The notes under the pieces: generated by a model
Told to the model about the DNA's origin: nothing
Databases searched by the model: none
The model's input: only the letters and a program-made list of their open reading frames with translations
NCBI RefSeq assembly: GCF_001194135.2
Contig: NC_068999.1
Location: 47,947,063-48,011,062, forward strand
From: Octopus bimaculoides
Lineage: Eukaryota
Direction of reading: 5' to 3'
Length of the DNA: 64,000 bases
Program-made: the position numbers and the translations under genes
In this document: piece after piece, positions 1 through 12,876 of the stretch
Layout: the number at the start of each line of letters is the position of its first letter
How positions within the stretch are numbered: the stretch's first letter is position 1

Positions 1-444
1 TTCTCTTCTTTTTCTTTACTTGTTTCACTCACTGGACTGCGGCCATTCTGGGACGCTGCCTTAATGGGTTTAGACCAAAGGTTCTCAACCCATTTTGGCC
101 AAACGCCCCGTTTTGATCCTTGGAGTCAAAAATGGCTCCCCCCCAAACCCTTAGAAAATATTTTTATTTTTCAATACACTACTTATTTTGATATCAGCAA
201 ATAATGATTAAAAAATAAAGGACGTCGTTTTATATATGCGCTTGTACGCAATCGAGAGTACAGATGTACAAATTGAAATACAAAAAAAAAAAAAACGAAA
301 TAAATTGAAAGTTTGGTAATTGCGTTTATTTCCACCAAACAACACTTATGAGATCAACGTGTTGTCTATCGAAAGCGTACGCTTTGGTACAAGTAAATAC
401 CAATGAAATCATTTCAAACCTCTCCGATTTCCCTAATCAAAACG

Positions 445-1625
445 CCTAGAACTTGTGCAACAATCTGACATGTAAGTTATTGTCACCGGGGAAGAGGACT
501 TTTTTACACAATTGTGCCCCAAGGATATGCTTCTTCATAACCATGAGAAAATTAAATATCTCTTTTCTACAAATATGCTGAACGAAGATGTTAGGTTCGA
601 CGTAAGGCTGGCCTTGAGACTGAGAGAACATAATCTGTCTTCCTGAGACTGATGGTGAGTCCAATAGCAACGCATGCTCTAGAGAAGAGATCCATTACAG
701 CATGTATGTCTTCTTCAATGTGAGCAACGGGAATGACATTGTCAGTATGAACTCATGAACAAGGGCTTGGAAAGTCTTCGATTTTGCGTTGAAGTATGTT
801 ATATCAAACACCTTACTTGTGGTTCTGAAGTGAATGTTGACGCCGATATCGCAATCCTGGAAAACGTCCGACAGCTACAGCAAAATACATGGAAGATGAG
901 GGTTGGGGTAGGAATATCACCTTCTTTAACCCGTTACCGATGGAAATTAGTTCCGAGAGTGAACCGTTGAAATTAAAACGAACTTTTGTATCACGATGTA
1001 GTTGCCTAAACATTTTGATGACAAACTGAGATGGGCATCCAACTTTATGGTCCGGAGAGCAGTCCTGTTAACAGAATCGAAGGCTTTTGTTAATTAACAA
1101 AGATCTGGTAAATAGCTATGCAATGTTCAATGCATTTCTCGTAGAGTTGATGAGCAGAAAAAAAAATCATGTGTATTGTACGACGACCTGATCTAAAATC
1201 ACATTGACTTTCTGGGACAACAGAAGAGAATATCCATTTTGTCAGCCAATTACGTAAAAGTTTTGCGAAATCATTACCAACAACTTCAAGTTGGCTTATT
1301 CCTCTGTAATTTCCACACTCAGATTTGGATCCCTTTCCACGATGCAGCGACGTTAGATGGGCATATTCGTGACTATATGCTCCCAGATTGTTAAGCCTGC
1401 ACATGCCGCCTCTAGTCCATCACCGTGGGACTTGAGATATCTGTATATTTTGATGGTGGTGTTGCACGTTTCTACGACGAGCATACCGCCATCTCATCCT
1501 CGAAAATCTATTAGCTAGTGACGAGCCAAAGTAAGATGGCTGAGTGATTATCGAGATTGCATATTTTATTACTGTGGTGTTTGACCTCTTCGGTATAGCA
1601 AATGTCAAGAAGTTTGACACAATCT
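445..1625 (-). mobile_element. Decayed RTE-clade LINE, reverse transcriptase region
   Basis: Minus-strand frames give RTE-RT motifs: KGSKSECGNYRGISQL..VPESQCDFRSGRRTIHMIF (1090-1404), FRQLH..FNGSLS..GNG (813-1013), FSRAC..GLTISLRKT near 640-690. Broken by stops and frameshifts. Confidence 0.85.
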
Positions 1626-1879
1626 GTTAGACTGGCTATCTTATTAAAACTAAAGCTGCCAATCAATTGTGCGCATGTATACATTCAATTAGAATGGATA
1701 TTGACTCTCATGAGTTCCTCCGCCCTTTGACGAATTTTGTTTTTCATTCCCTAGGGTGTTCAAAAATTACCTTCCTCGCCAAGCGAGTCTAGTGAGGTTG
1801 CCGGCGCGACCATGTATCAGCTTGTACTGGGTTGTTACCAGTTGCGCTCGTGAGCGAATCACACAGTTTCCGTCTATCC

Positions 1880-2000
1880 TATTCACTCACAAGACATTAA
1901 TCGGCTCATGCTTTTGTAGAAGACACTTTCCCAAGATGCCGCGCAGTGGGGCTGAACCCGAAACCAAGTGGCTGCAAAGCGAGATTTTTAACCATAGAAC
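1880..2000 (-). mobile_element. tRNA-derived SINE fragment with CORE-like domain
   Basis: Reverse complement reads ggtttcgggttcagccccactgcgcggcatcttgggaaagtgtcttctac (B-box plus CORE-like segment). The same family recurs at about 22550-22710, 44030-44110, 53150-53300 and 63510-63660. Confidence 0.65.
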
Positions 2001-2989
2001 CTTGCTTACACTTTGTGTGTGGAGACTATCAAAATTAAATTAGATTATAAAAAGCCGATTTTGGAACACAACACGTGCCTAAATACACATGAAATCTACT
2101 CAAACATTTATATTATAATAAGCATTCCGAGAAGCATTAACTGTACATCGGTAACCTATGAACTGTTGTCATAAAATCATAGCTTCAAGTAATTAGTGCA
2201 GAATAAGATGGCGTGATGAAGGTATCATGTAATTCGAAATATTCGATTGTGGATGTTTGTGTGTGTTATGATGTACAGAATTTCATCAATGTCGAAATTT
2301 CCGCCAGTAATGTACTTAATTGTTATTCGTGAGGATTGATATAACCTCGCAAAAATGGATGAATAAATAAATGATTTCCTTCATATATATATATAGATAT
2401 AGATATTGATATAATAAGTGTGCATTTACTATATATTTTTTCACTTATTAAGTAACGTAACGCAACGCATCCTGGTTTTTATTAACAACACACATAATGT
2501 ATCTGTATTGTTTTTTGCATATATATATATATAGGTTTCATAAGGGCTAGCTTTAATAAGTGCTGACGAACGAAACACTCTGCCCTTGACTCACTATATA
2601 TATTCTTTCATTCTTTCATTCTTTTACTTGTTTCAGTCATTAGACTGCGGCCATGCAATGGCCCAACCTTATATCTATTCCAAATATGTAAAAAATTATT
2701 TAAACGGAATAAATAATAAACAACTACTTATATGAGACGGTGGAAAATATAAATATTTTAACAAATATGTAGATAAGACCAATGTTTTTCAAAGTATTTA
2801 CGAAATCAAAAGAATGTTCATGTATTCACTTATTTAATAGGATTAAGTGATTCCTTGAGGAAAGCATTTAAGTCCCTTTGTCGGCGTATTAACATGGCGG
2901 CGTTGTTTTCCCTTTTCAACTTTATAATGCAGCTGGCATTGAATTCAGCTAGCTATACAGCTCATGGGTGGTCTGATATATATGCTCAT

Positions 2990-3244
2990 ACATACATACA
3001 TACATACATACATACATACATACATACGTACGTACACATATATATAGGTTCGACTGTGAAAGAAAGAAAAAAACTATTGTTTGTTGCTTATTTGGCCGTT
3101 AACGCTCCTCGTCTGCAACATAAACCGGTACTCACGGCTCCCAAGTTTCTGGCTTCGAACAATATTCACGTGAACCGGTTACTCTGTAACTATGATATTG
3201 AGTACCACACTCTCTTTTTTTTTTTTTTACAAATTCCGCACATT

Positions 3245-3301
<57 letters not shown>

Positions 3302-3354
3302 CACCACCACCACCACCACCAAAAACTGTTACTTCTGTCTGTCCGTCTACCTAC

Positions 3355-3404
<50 letters not shown>

Positions 3405-3412
3405 GTCTATCT
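2990..3412. repeat. Compound microsatellite block: (ATAC)n, (TAC)n(CAC)n, (CTAT)n
   Basis: Read directly; explains the spurious 249-aa ORF 2855-3604. Confidence 0.95.
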
Positions 3413-3531
3413 CATATTTTTTTCAAGACTATTATTCGCATTATTCACGAGGCCAAAGGCAGCAAGGTGGCAGAATCGTCAGCACGTCGGAAAATTGCTT
3501 CGCAGCAATTCTTCCGATTTCAAGTTCTGAT

Positions 3532-4200
3532 TATATATATCTATAAAAGGCAGGATGTGTGTGTGTGTGTACGTGAATGTAATTTATGCACGTCCACAAA
3601 TTAGCACGCATGTCACTCCAATTTTAGGAGGACATTGGTCACGGCCATGGCTGTGTTTTTGTCAACTTATTTCCCCCGAGGCACCCGCGGATAGTGGTAA
3701 AAATCGGTTTTCAACTATAACTTTTACCAATTTCCGCGTCGATGAAATCCGTAAGTTTGCTAACATGGGTTAAATCCCCTGTCTAGCAATGGTGCAAAAG
3801 AAAAACAAAGGGTAAATTTTTAGATTAACACCCGCACGATTTTCACTAAGAAAAAAAAGAACTCGGATTTTTTGCGTGGAATCAAGTACCCTGACCACAT
3901 AATATGCTGCAAATCCCTTATTTTAGTTCGGGAAAAAAGGGTGGGTGGAGGGGAGGGGACCCCTCATCCAGGAATCATTCGAATCTTTTTTTTTCGTTGA
4001 ATGAATTTATGTGACCTCCTAATATGCTACAAAACCCTTTTGGGGATTCGAAAAAAGGTGTGGGATCAGGTGGAAGCCTTGGAAATTTCACTCCCACCCC
4101 CATTGATCTTTACCCCCGCACGATTTTCGCTAAGGACAAAAAAATAAAAATCGGTTTTTTTTTACCTGGAATCAAGTACCCTGACCTTCTCATATGTTTC
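3532..4200 (+). mobile_element. Probable non-autonomous Helitron-like element with internal duplication
   Basis: Starts TATATATCTATAAAAG followed by a (TG)n tract, a typical Helitron 5' layout. A block CCCGCACGATTTTC...GGAATCAAGTACCCTGACC occurs twice (3831-3896, 4115-4186). 3' hairpin/CTAG end not identified. Confidence 0.4.
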
Positions 4201-4624
4201 TTTTAACAATTTCTCTAATTGCAATTTCTATCTCTACTCGCTTCTTTCGACTAGAAGTTGTCCGACAGATTTTGAATTTTTAAAAGATATTTCCCCAAGC
4301 CTGACCAAATGGTTCAACATTCTGACAAATCTTTGTAAGAATTTTGCAGCTTGACCTTTCGATATAATGGTATCTCCAGAAATTTAAAGTTAGTGATATT
4401 CATATCTAATGTGTCTTTTTCGTCGATTTTCAGAAAATTACTGAATAGTTCACATTCGATGTTATCCATTGAACTTTTAAATCGGGTGTGTAATACCCCA
4501 TTTCGAACTTCTAAAATAATTGCCGCCTGCTTTATATTTGAAGTCCAAGATATACTGTCCTGCAACTTCAATAACCTCTTTCAATGTTTTCAGTATCATT
4601 TAGTTGTCAGATAAATTCATTCGT

Positions 4625-5007
4625 TTTTGTGTGGGAGTTTGTCTCTTTCGTTCAGAGCGTGAGGTACCCGTGCACCGAGTTTTTGGACATCAACCATCGT
4701 GTGACAGGTGACTATATCACAAGAGCCTCCCATCTGTCGGGCCAATTCTCTAGTGAAATGGAGCAAATCCTTGTAGATGAAACTAGTTCAATCGATACTC
4801 TTTGAACTGAACGGGTCGGCCGGAACGTGGTGAGTTTGTGAGATTGATTTTATCCTCCCTGAAGCGTGCAGTTCCTCCAGTCTTAGCGCTTTCCCTTTGC
4901 ACAGCACAAATATCTCAAGCGGCTCAGGTAGATTTGGAAACTTTATTGAAAGCGTAGAGAAGCAGATATTGGAAATGTTTTTTTTCCCGCCCTACTTAGC
5001 ACTCCGT
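4625..5007 (-). mobile_element. Mariner transposase relic, N-terminal HTH region
   Basis: Minus strand translates across frameshifts to HFQYLLLYAF..DICAV..RF..NSPRSGRPVQF..TRELARQMG..VQKLGARVPHAL (mariner WVPHEL motif); start codon decayed to ACG at 5005-5007. Confidence 0.85.
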
Positions 5008-5107
5008 CTGAAAAGAGACAAAGTTTATACAAATTTCAAAAACTATACACAAAAGTTGTAGGCGAAGAATAGAGCTACAAAAAACAACAATATACATATA
5101 TATACAT

Positions 5108-5174
<67 letters not shown>

Positions 5175-5338
5175 AAGGCCACGATAGAAAAAATATTTTG
5201 TGTTTATTCAAATAACATGGGAAAGGTACGGACGGATTTATCTCAACATTATACAAAGCTTTTCGAAGCTTTGAATTTTTTCGTCATTGTTCTCCTGTAT
5301 TATTATATGTCCACATCCGCTTTTGTATCTAACTTTAA

Positions 5339-5553
5339 CCCTTTAGCATTTAAACTAGTCATATCCAGCCCAAATACTCAACCTGCTTTATTTTCAAATC
5401 AGCGAGATTCAACCTCTCACACTTACCCAACACTATCATTCTAAAAATAACAATCACATCATTAAATACTCGAAGCCTTGAGATAATGCATGATGAATTC
5501 AAAAAAATATGAACAAGCATTGCATTTGACAGTGTATTATGAATGCTAAACGG
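5339..5553 (+). mobile_element. piggyBac-type MITE, family P1
   Basis: TTAA|CCCTTTAGCATT ... AATGCTAAACGG|TTAA. Related copies at 14029-14228 (inverted), 49911-50132, 54333-54461, 55026-55164 (inverted) and about 58270-58348 (inverted). Confidence 0.8.
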
Positions 5554-5856
5554 TTAAAGAAATCACCAGTGGAGGCTTATAGAACAACCGGGGACCTACA
5601 TAAATAGGAGTGGACGATGCAAGCTTTGCATAGCAGAACGGGCAAGGACCCTTAAAGACTCGCTTGAACTAGGAACCCTTTTAAACTCAAGAAATGTGTG
5701 TGTGTGTGTGTGTGTTATTTCTTTACTACCCACAAGGGGCTACACACAGAGGGGACAAACAAGGACAGACAAACGGATTAAGTCGATTATACCGACCCCA
5801 GTGCGTAACTGGTACTTATTTAATCGACCCCGAAAGGATGAAAGGCAGAGTCGACC

Positions 5857-6820
5857 NNNNNNNNNNNNNNNNNNNNNNNNNNNNNNNNNNNNNNNNNNNN
5901 NNNNNNNNNNNNNNNNNNNNNNNNNNNNNNNNNNNNNNNNNNNNNNNNNNNNNNNNNNNNNNNNNNNNNNNNNNNNNNNNNNNNNNNNNNNNNNNNNNNN
6001 NNNNNNNNNNNNNNNNNNNNNNNNNNNNNNNNNNNNNNNNNNNNNNNNNNNNNNNNNNNNNNNNNNNNNNNNNNNNNNNNNNNNNNNNNNNNNNNNNNNN
6101 NNNNNNNNNNNNNNNNNNNNNNNNNNNNNNNNNNNNNNNNNNNNNNNNNNNNNNNNNNNNNNNNNNNNNNNNNNNNNNNNNNNNNNNNNNNNNNNNNNNN
6201 NNNNNNNNNNNNNNNNNNNNNNNNNNNNNNNNNNNNNNNNNNNNNNNNNNNNNNNNNNNNNNNNNNNNNNNNNNNNNNNNNNNNNNNNNNNNNNNNNNNN
6301 NNNNNNNNNNNNNNNNNNNNNNNNNNNNNNNNNNNNNNNNNNNNNNNNNNNNNNNNNNNNNNNNNNNNNNNNNNNNNNNNNNNNNNNNNNNNNNNNNNNN
6401 NNNNNNNNNNNNNNNNNNNNNNNNNNNNNNNNNNNNNNNNNNNNNNNNNNNNNNNNNNNNNNNNNNNNNNNNNNNNNNNNNNNNNNNNNNNNNNNNNNNN
6501 NNNNNNNNNNNNNNNNNNNNNNNNNNNNNNNNNNNNNNNNNNNNNNNNNNNNNNNNNNNNNNNNNNNNNNNNNNNNNNNNNNNNNNNNNNNNNNNNNNNN
6601 NNNNNNNNNNNNNNNNNNNNNNNNNNNNNNNNNNNNNNNNNNNNNNNNNNNNNNNNNNNNNNNNNNNNNNNNNNNNNNNNNNNNNNNNNNNNNNNNNNNN
6701 NNNNNNNNNNNNNNNNNNNNNNNNNNNNNNNNNNNNNNNNNNNNNNNNNNNNNNNNNNNNNNNNNNNNNNNNNNNNNNNNNNNNNNNNNNNNNNNNNNNN
6801 NNNNNNNNNNNNNNNNNNNN
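5857..6820. other. Assembly gap (N run); others at 17926-18855, 24647-24656, 27478-27853, 35196-35245, 47016-47047
   Basis: Runs of n in the sequence. Confidence 1.
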
Positions 6821-7727
6821 TTGTAATGTTTCATGCTCCCAGGCGCCTCTCTCCATTCCTGTTACCCCCAAACATTAATTCTCTGGAATTCCCTTCTTGC
6901 TCAAGTTTTTTCCTGTAGTTGTCGGCTTAAAGTCGTTTAAGCTGAACAACGGCATCAATCTCACCAACCATAGGTGCTGGGGTAGCAAGCGGACCCCTAA
7001 AGTTTTCTTTTTTTTTTCGGGGTTATGAAAACGCTTTGTACAATCTTTTGAAAAACTTTTGAACGTAGAAACATTTTTGGATTGATTTGAAACATTACTT
7101 TTCCATTATTGGATTTATCTGGTTTGATTGATGTGCAAATATAATAATAATTATGCCTGTGTTTATTTTGATATTAAGACTGAAAACATCGAATAAAAAG
7201 CTTTGCACTTGGGTTTGCACCCACTAAACAAATTTCGTTCGCGCACTTTTCTCAGAGTGCCTGCTAAAGTCATTGGTACTGCACCCCCACCCGCCTCTGC
7301 CTGACTCTACCAAAGTCAAAATAAATATAACTAAAATAAATAAATTAATAAACATATCTGAAAAGTTTTCTACCTGTATTTTCTATAGAGATCCTTCATG
7401 TATTTTCTTCTTTTTTTTTTTTTCAGCCCGTACGCTCCCCAAAGTTTTCCATTTTATTTTTGCGTTGATATTTGATAACTCACTCTTTTATTTCAATCTA
7501 ACATTGAGGAAGTTTGAAAGAGAGGAAATGTCGATGAAAATGTGTTTGTTTGTCTGGGATTGGTTAGTTCTTCAAGACGTTATATTATTTAATTCTGGTG
7601 TTGGTAAGGTTTTTATCTTCTCTTCCTTGCGCTGACATTTATTTGATTACCTAACTATATAGCTTTACCTTTATGATTTTTATCATAAGTTTTAGGTTCT
7701 ATGGTTACCTTTAATAGCTCTAAAAAG

Positions 7728-7788
<61 letters not shown>

Positions 7789-8310
7789 AAGTAGTTTATA
7801 ATTTCTTTATTTACTTTATTTACATCATTTTGAAATAATAGTTTTGTTTGCATTCCGTCTAACGGTGGGCTTGTCTTTGTTCGTATGCATAAAGTTTGTT
7901 TTGCTTGATGTTTTTATTTCTTTTATCTTCATTATATATTACTACAATTTCTTGATTGAATAGATTTAATATGATTTGTAAAAACCGGCACTAGTCTGTT
8001 TTATGTTGTTGAATCAGTCGTAATATATATTTGTTAAGCAGCCTTTCCTTGTATAACAACTCACAAATGTATACAATTGCTGCTGGTACTAAATCAAATG
8101 TATGTAAAATTGAATAGATATCAGACGTTTACAATACATCACTCACATAATACCAGAATGACACAAAGGTCAATTATGCCTTTCTGTGGTTTTAGAATCC
8201 GATAGACAGCGTTATGAAAGGTTCACCTTGACCTCTTAGTATCTAAATAAAAAGGGATTTTCTACGAGATGCAAAGCATTGTGAATTCACTAGCTGACCA
8301 AAGCAGAAAC

Positions 8311-8481
8311 ATGCCAATTGTACAAACGTTAATCTTCTTAATATTAGTTCTGTTACAGAGTCATTATGTTACAGCTCATGGTCGATTAATTGAACCCGCC
8401 AGCCGCTCTAGTATGTGGCGTTTCGGCTTTGCCAATCCTATCAATTATAACGACAATGAACTTTACTGCGGTGGCTTTTCT
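8311..8481 (+). CDS. LPMO exon 1 (signal peptide and His1)
   Basis: MPIVQTLIFLILVLLQSHYVTA|HGRLIEP...YCGGFS; donor GTAAGT at 8482. Confidence 0.92.
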
Positions 8482-11400
8482 GTAAGTTTTCCAGTTTTTC
8501 TTTACTTAAATTTTACTAGCAATATTTTTTGTCGATCTGCTAAACAATTAAGTTTATGATTTACGTCTATATAATGGTTAATGTATTTACATATACTTTC
8601 AAACGCGTTTCTTATATAATATGCTAGTACATAATGTCATAAATATAAATATAGTTTATTAATAAAATATTTACCAGTTTTGTTTTTAGGGTTATGAGAG
8701 GCAAAATAGTATTGTACGATTGAAATCTCGAAATGTAAAATAGTCCGGTACATACCGATTTGCTAATTCATATATATACATAATCACATTTTCGCACGTC
8801 TATGTCCACGCATTTATCTATTTTTCAGTCTATACATGCATTATCACTCTGTATATAAACACAAAACCTAATATTTTGAAGAAAGTGGTAAAAAGGCCGG
8901 TCATAAATGTTAATGCTTTTAAAATATTAATGACAAAATGGAAAAACTCCATTTGGGAATCAAAGTGGACAGCAGCCAGTTTGCCAAGAACTTGACAAAA
9001 ATATAATAAAAATAGTCAAAACGTAAGCGGACATAGTCGCTCGAATATGCTTTAGTATTTTACCAGAACCGATTCTTCCATCGACTCGCTGCGAATAAAA
9101 TACAGAGCATACACAAGAGAAAATTTTAAACAAAATAATTTATATCTTGGCTACAGACCACAGGAATGATAAGAATTTCATACACGCACACAGATTTATT
9201 GGGGGTGTTTATTGTAGATAAGATGCCAATACGTAGCAGGTCGATAACTTATTTTATCGATGTCAGAGAAATAAATTCACAATCAATTCTGGTGGGATTT
9301 GAACTCAGAATTGAAGTTAAATACGGCAAAACTGTCAGTCTAGCGCTATATTGTTTCTACAGCTACCATCTTAATAACAGCGATTTTTAATATTGGCATT
9401 AATCTCCATATTTTGACCTCGGCGGAATTTGAACTCAGAACGTAGTCGGACAAAATGTCGCTAAGTATTTTGCCTAATTTGGGAACGATTCAACCAACTC
9501 GCCGCCTTACACCTTTCAGTAATATTAACGATGGTTTCTTATATAAGTACACACGCTTAAATCCACTGGGAAGAGATATAATCTGTAACGGTTGGCATTA
9601 TGATATATGTTGTTAGAGTTGGCAGTTAGCGATTGTAACGGGTGTTGCTGTTGCAGATGTGCAAGATGAAAGAAGAACAGTGATCGAAGTGGTAAAGAAA
9701 CATTTATTTACTGTTACTTTGTATATATCCAAAACCACGACGGGTTAGTATGTATAATTAGTAAATGGAAGGCCGAAATTAACTTTCATTACCTTGCATG
9801 CTTTACGAACTATGTTATACTATGACACTAGCTTACTCGTCGTGGTATGGCATATATTAAAGTAACGGTAAATAAATATTTCTATACAACTTCGATCACT
9901 GTTCTTCGTTCATCTTACAAACTGGTTCACTGGCAACCAACACCTTAACAACAACCGTTACAATTGGTGATCCTCGACTGCAACGAATACTATAACCGTT
10001 ACAAATCAAATATATATCGACTCAGGAGAAATGGGAGACAAAATCGCTACCGGATGGGTTTTAACGTAAAAACTAAATACCGTAATGTATTTTATCCGGC
10101 ACTCTATCGATTCTTCCAACTCCCCACCTGTATGGAACGATTCATTTTTCGAGTGATTACCCTCCATCTAGTTCTTGTGCCTATGTTATTTTTCTTTTTT
10201 CAACTTTGTATTGCGTACGTTCACTGCACTTCCATACGTAGCTCTGTACATCTTGCGTATGCACAGTGTTTTGTTTCGGATTCCTGTATTTCTATTAAAA
10301 ATACAATATATCAGCAGTCCCCAACCTTTTTATTTTTTTTTTGCATCACGGACTGGTTTCAGGCAAAACAATGTTTTCCACAGACCGGGGATCACGTACA
10401 TAAAAAAACAAAAACAAAAAAAAAACGAAGTTGCCTGGTTTAAAACTACCATCAGGTGCCTAAGATGCCTTTATGTGTTATCCACTCTGTTGCAAGCATT
10501 TTGGCCAATTTCACTGTTTGAAGACATCTTCCTTCAGAGGCCCTGCAGCAGTCATGGGTACTGCTTTTTCTTCTAAAAGACATAGTAAAATAGACTTTGT
10601 TCCATATTGTTCGTGTATGCAAAACTTGTTTGTTATGAAAACTGTCATCGTTCTAAAAGGGGTTGGTTTCTATTGGGGTTCACATATATCCGGCTTATTT
10701 GTTATATCTAGTCATCTGACATACATTAAGCGATAGAAACATTTTATATTTCAATGAAATTGTGATGATACTACGAAATGAAATTTAAGAACTATTGACT
10801 ATCAAAATCTTTTTTTTAAATATTTTTTTTTTTAATCTGAAAGATTTTCATATAAAATCTACAGTGAACGTTGGTGGAAAGAGAAACTACTGTATTTTTG
10901 TTTTCGCGATATGGTCTTGTAACAGTCTTGTGATATCCTTGTTTAAAAGTTTCTCATTACAATTTATCTTCTGTTTTTATTTTTTGTTCTAGGCGTTGTG
11001 GAAAAAAAATGGCGGAAGATGTGGGGTGTGTGGAGATCCTTTCGATGGCACACGTGAAAACGAAGCGGGTGGTAAATATGCTAACGGAATAATAGCAGCC
11101 CGATACACACAAGGGGAACTAATAAATGTAACTATACAATTAACAACAAACCATTTAGGCGGATACTTTGAATTTAATCTCTGTCCAGTAAACGACCCTA
11201 AAAGACGGGCAGATGAAAACTGCATGCTCAATCATCCTGTGTTGACATTAGATGGAAAGCGACGCTATACTTTAAGGACATCGACTTCAGGTTTATTTCA
11301 CATAACTCTCCGATTACCACAAGGCGTTTACTGTAAACAATGCGTGTTTCGATGGAAATATAATGCAGGTAAGATGATAGTTCTTATTGTCAACCAAAGA

Positions 11401-12806
11401 TCGACCAAGTTATATATGGAAACTTGTGTTCGGGATTTTTTTGTTGAGTGTTAACATTGTTTGAATAATGTTTTATTTATTCTTGAAAGCCTCTTATGTC
11501 AAATGATCATTGTTAGTTTGTTGTAGCTCATCTGCTTACTTTTCCTCGGTGTTTTCGTTTTATTTGCTCCAAATATTTTCGCCATGTATAGGTTCTATTA
11601 AAAGATATTTTAAAATTCTGGATCTGACCAAAACATGGCATTGTCTGATAGATACTATATGATGAATACTATTTCTAAATTTCCATTGGTTATTTACTTC
11701 GAAGTAATTGAACAATCATTAGAGTTAAGTTTGCTGTAACTGATAAAGAGAAGTTTACATTTTATTGTTTTGAAGATTTGGTTCTGTCGACGCCAGAGCA
11801 AAGCCAATCATGTCTATGTTCCTAGTGATCGCTGACAGAGTGGTGAATATAGACCGAATGGACAGGTTTACTCTCAACATAGAAAGGAGATGACAGCTGC
11901 GAGTAGGCACTTCCATTAGTGGTTAGGTTAATCTGTGACTTTTCTTGATTGGTCCTATCCAGCTACCCAATATGGGAGATTTTTTCCTTCTCGATTTCCT
12001 TTTCTGTTTGTTTTTATTTGATGTAAAACCCGATTGTGTTGTGTCCCATTTTAGTACGGTCGATAAAGGAATTATTTCTTTTTATCTCGGGTTCTGCTGA
12101 AACTCCCGGAGTCTAGCATGCGTAGTGGGCTTGCTACCTGCAGCCTACGGTACCATACTATCTGTTCTTTTCAACTGTCTCATACTTCCCTGATTATTCT
12201 GGCCGTGCCAAGGAGGCAAGCCTTTTGTAACGGACACTCTATTCCAATTTCTTTGATATTCTTCTTAATGTCTTTTGATACTGTCCCCAAGGACCCAACA
12301 ATAATTGACACTATCTTCGCCTTCTTCATTTTTCATAGACGGGCTATTTCGTACTTAAAAGGGAATTATATTTATCTATTTTTTCGCCTTCCTTCTTGAC
12401 TATCCGTGGGCCAAAGGGGCACGCAACCTCAACTATATAACATGTAGTTCATCTTGTCGACCACCAATAGATCCGGTATGTTATGCTCTAGCACCTGATC
12501 TGTTTGTATTGAGAAGTCCCAGAGGACTTTACAAGTCTCTGACTCCGCCACTCACCACGTCTTGCTTCTCTCCAGCCCCCACTTTTCGCAGTTTCCAATG
12601 TAGTACTTTCGCTACCTTATCGTGTCTCCACAACTTGTCATGGTTTTGGGCATTCGTTCGTGATATGGACAATGGTTTAGTTCACTCTATTATAGATGCT
12701 GCACAGAGGAGACACCTGCTCATTCCTAAAGCTGACCTTCCAATTCGTGGCCAAGGCTTGCTCTTGCACTGCCAGTATAGTGCTCTCGGTCTCTTTTTCA
12801 TCATCA

Positions 12807-12876
<70 letters not shown>

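Noticed and set aside
2855-3604. 249-aa ORF with poly-Tyr/poly-His
   Set aside because: Translation of stop-free microsatellites; no ATG start, splice signals or domain.
5694-6878. Long ORFs (350-394 aa) here and at 17854-18920 and 27377-27987
   Set aside because: They are open only because they run through N gaps; the flanks are SINE or microsatellite sequence.
8269-8310. Upstream in-frame ATG extending the LPMO by 14 aa
   Set aside because: The hydrophobic signal peptide starts after Met 8311. The longer start cannot be excluded but does not change the mature protein.
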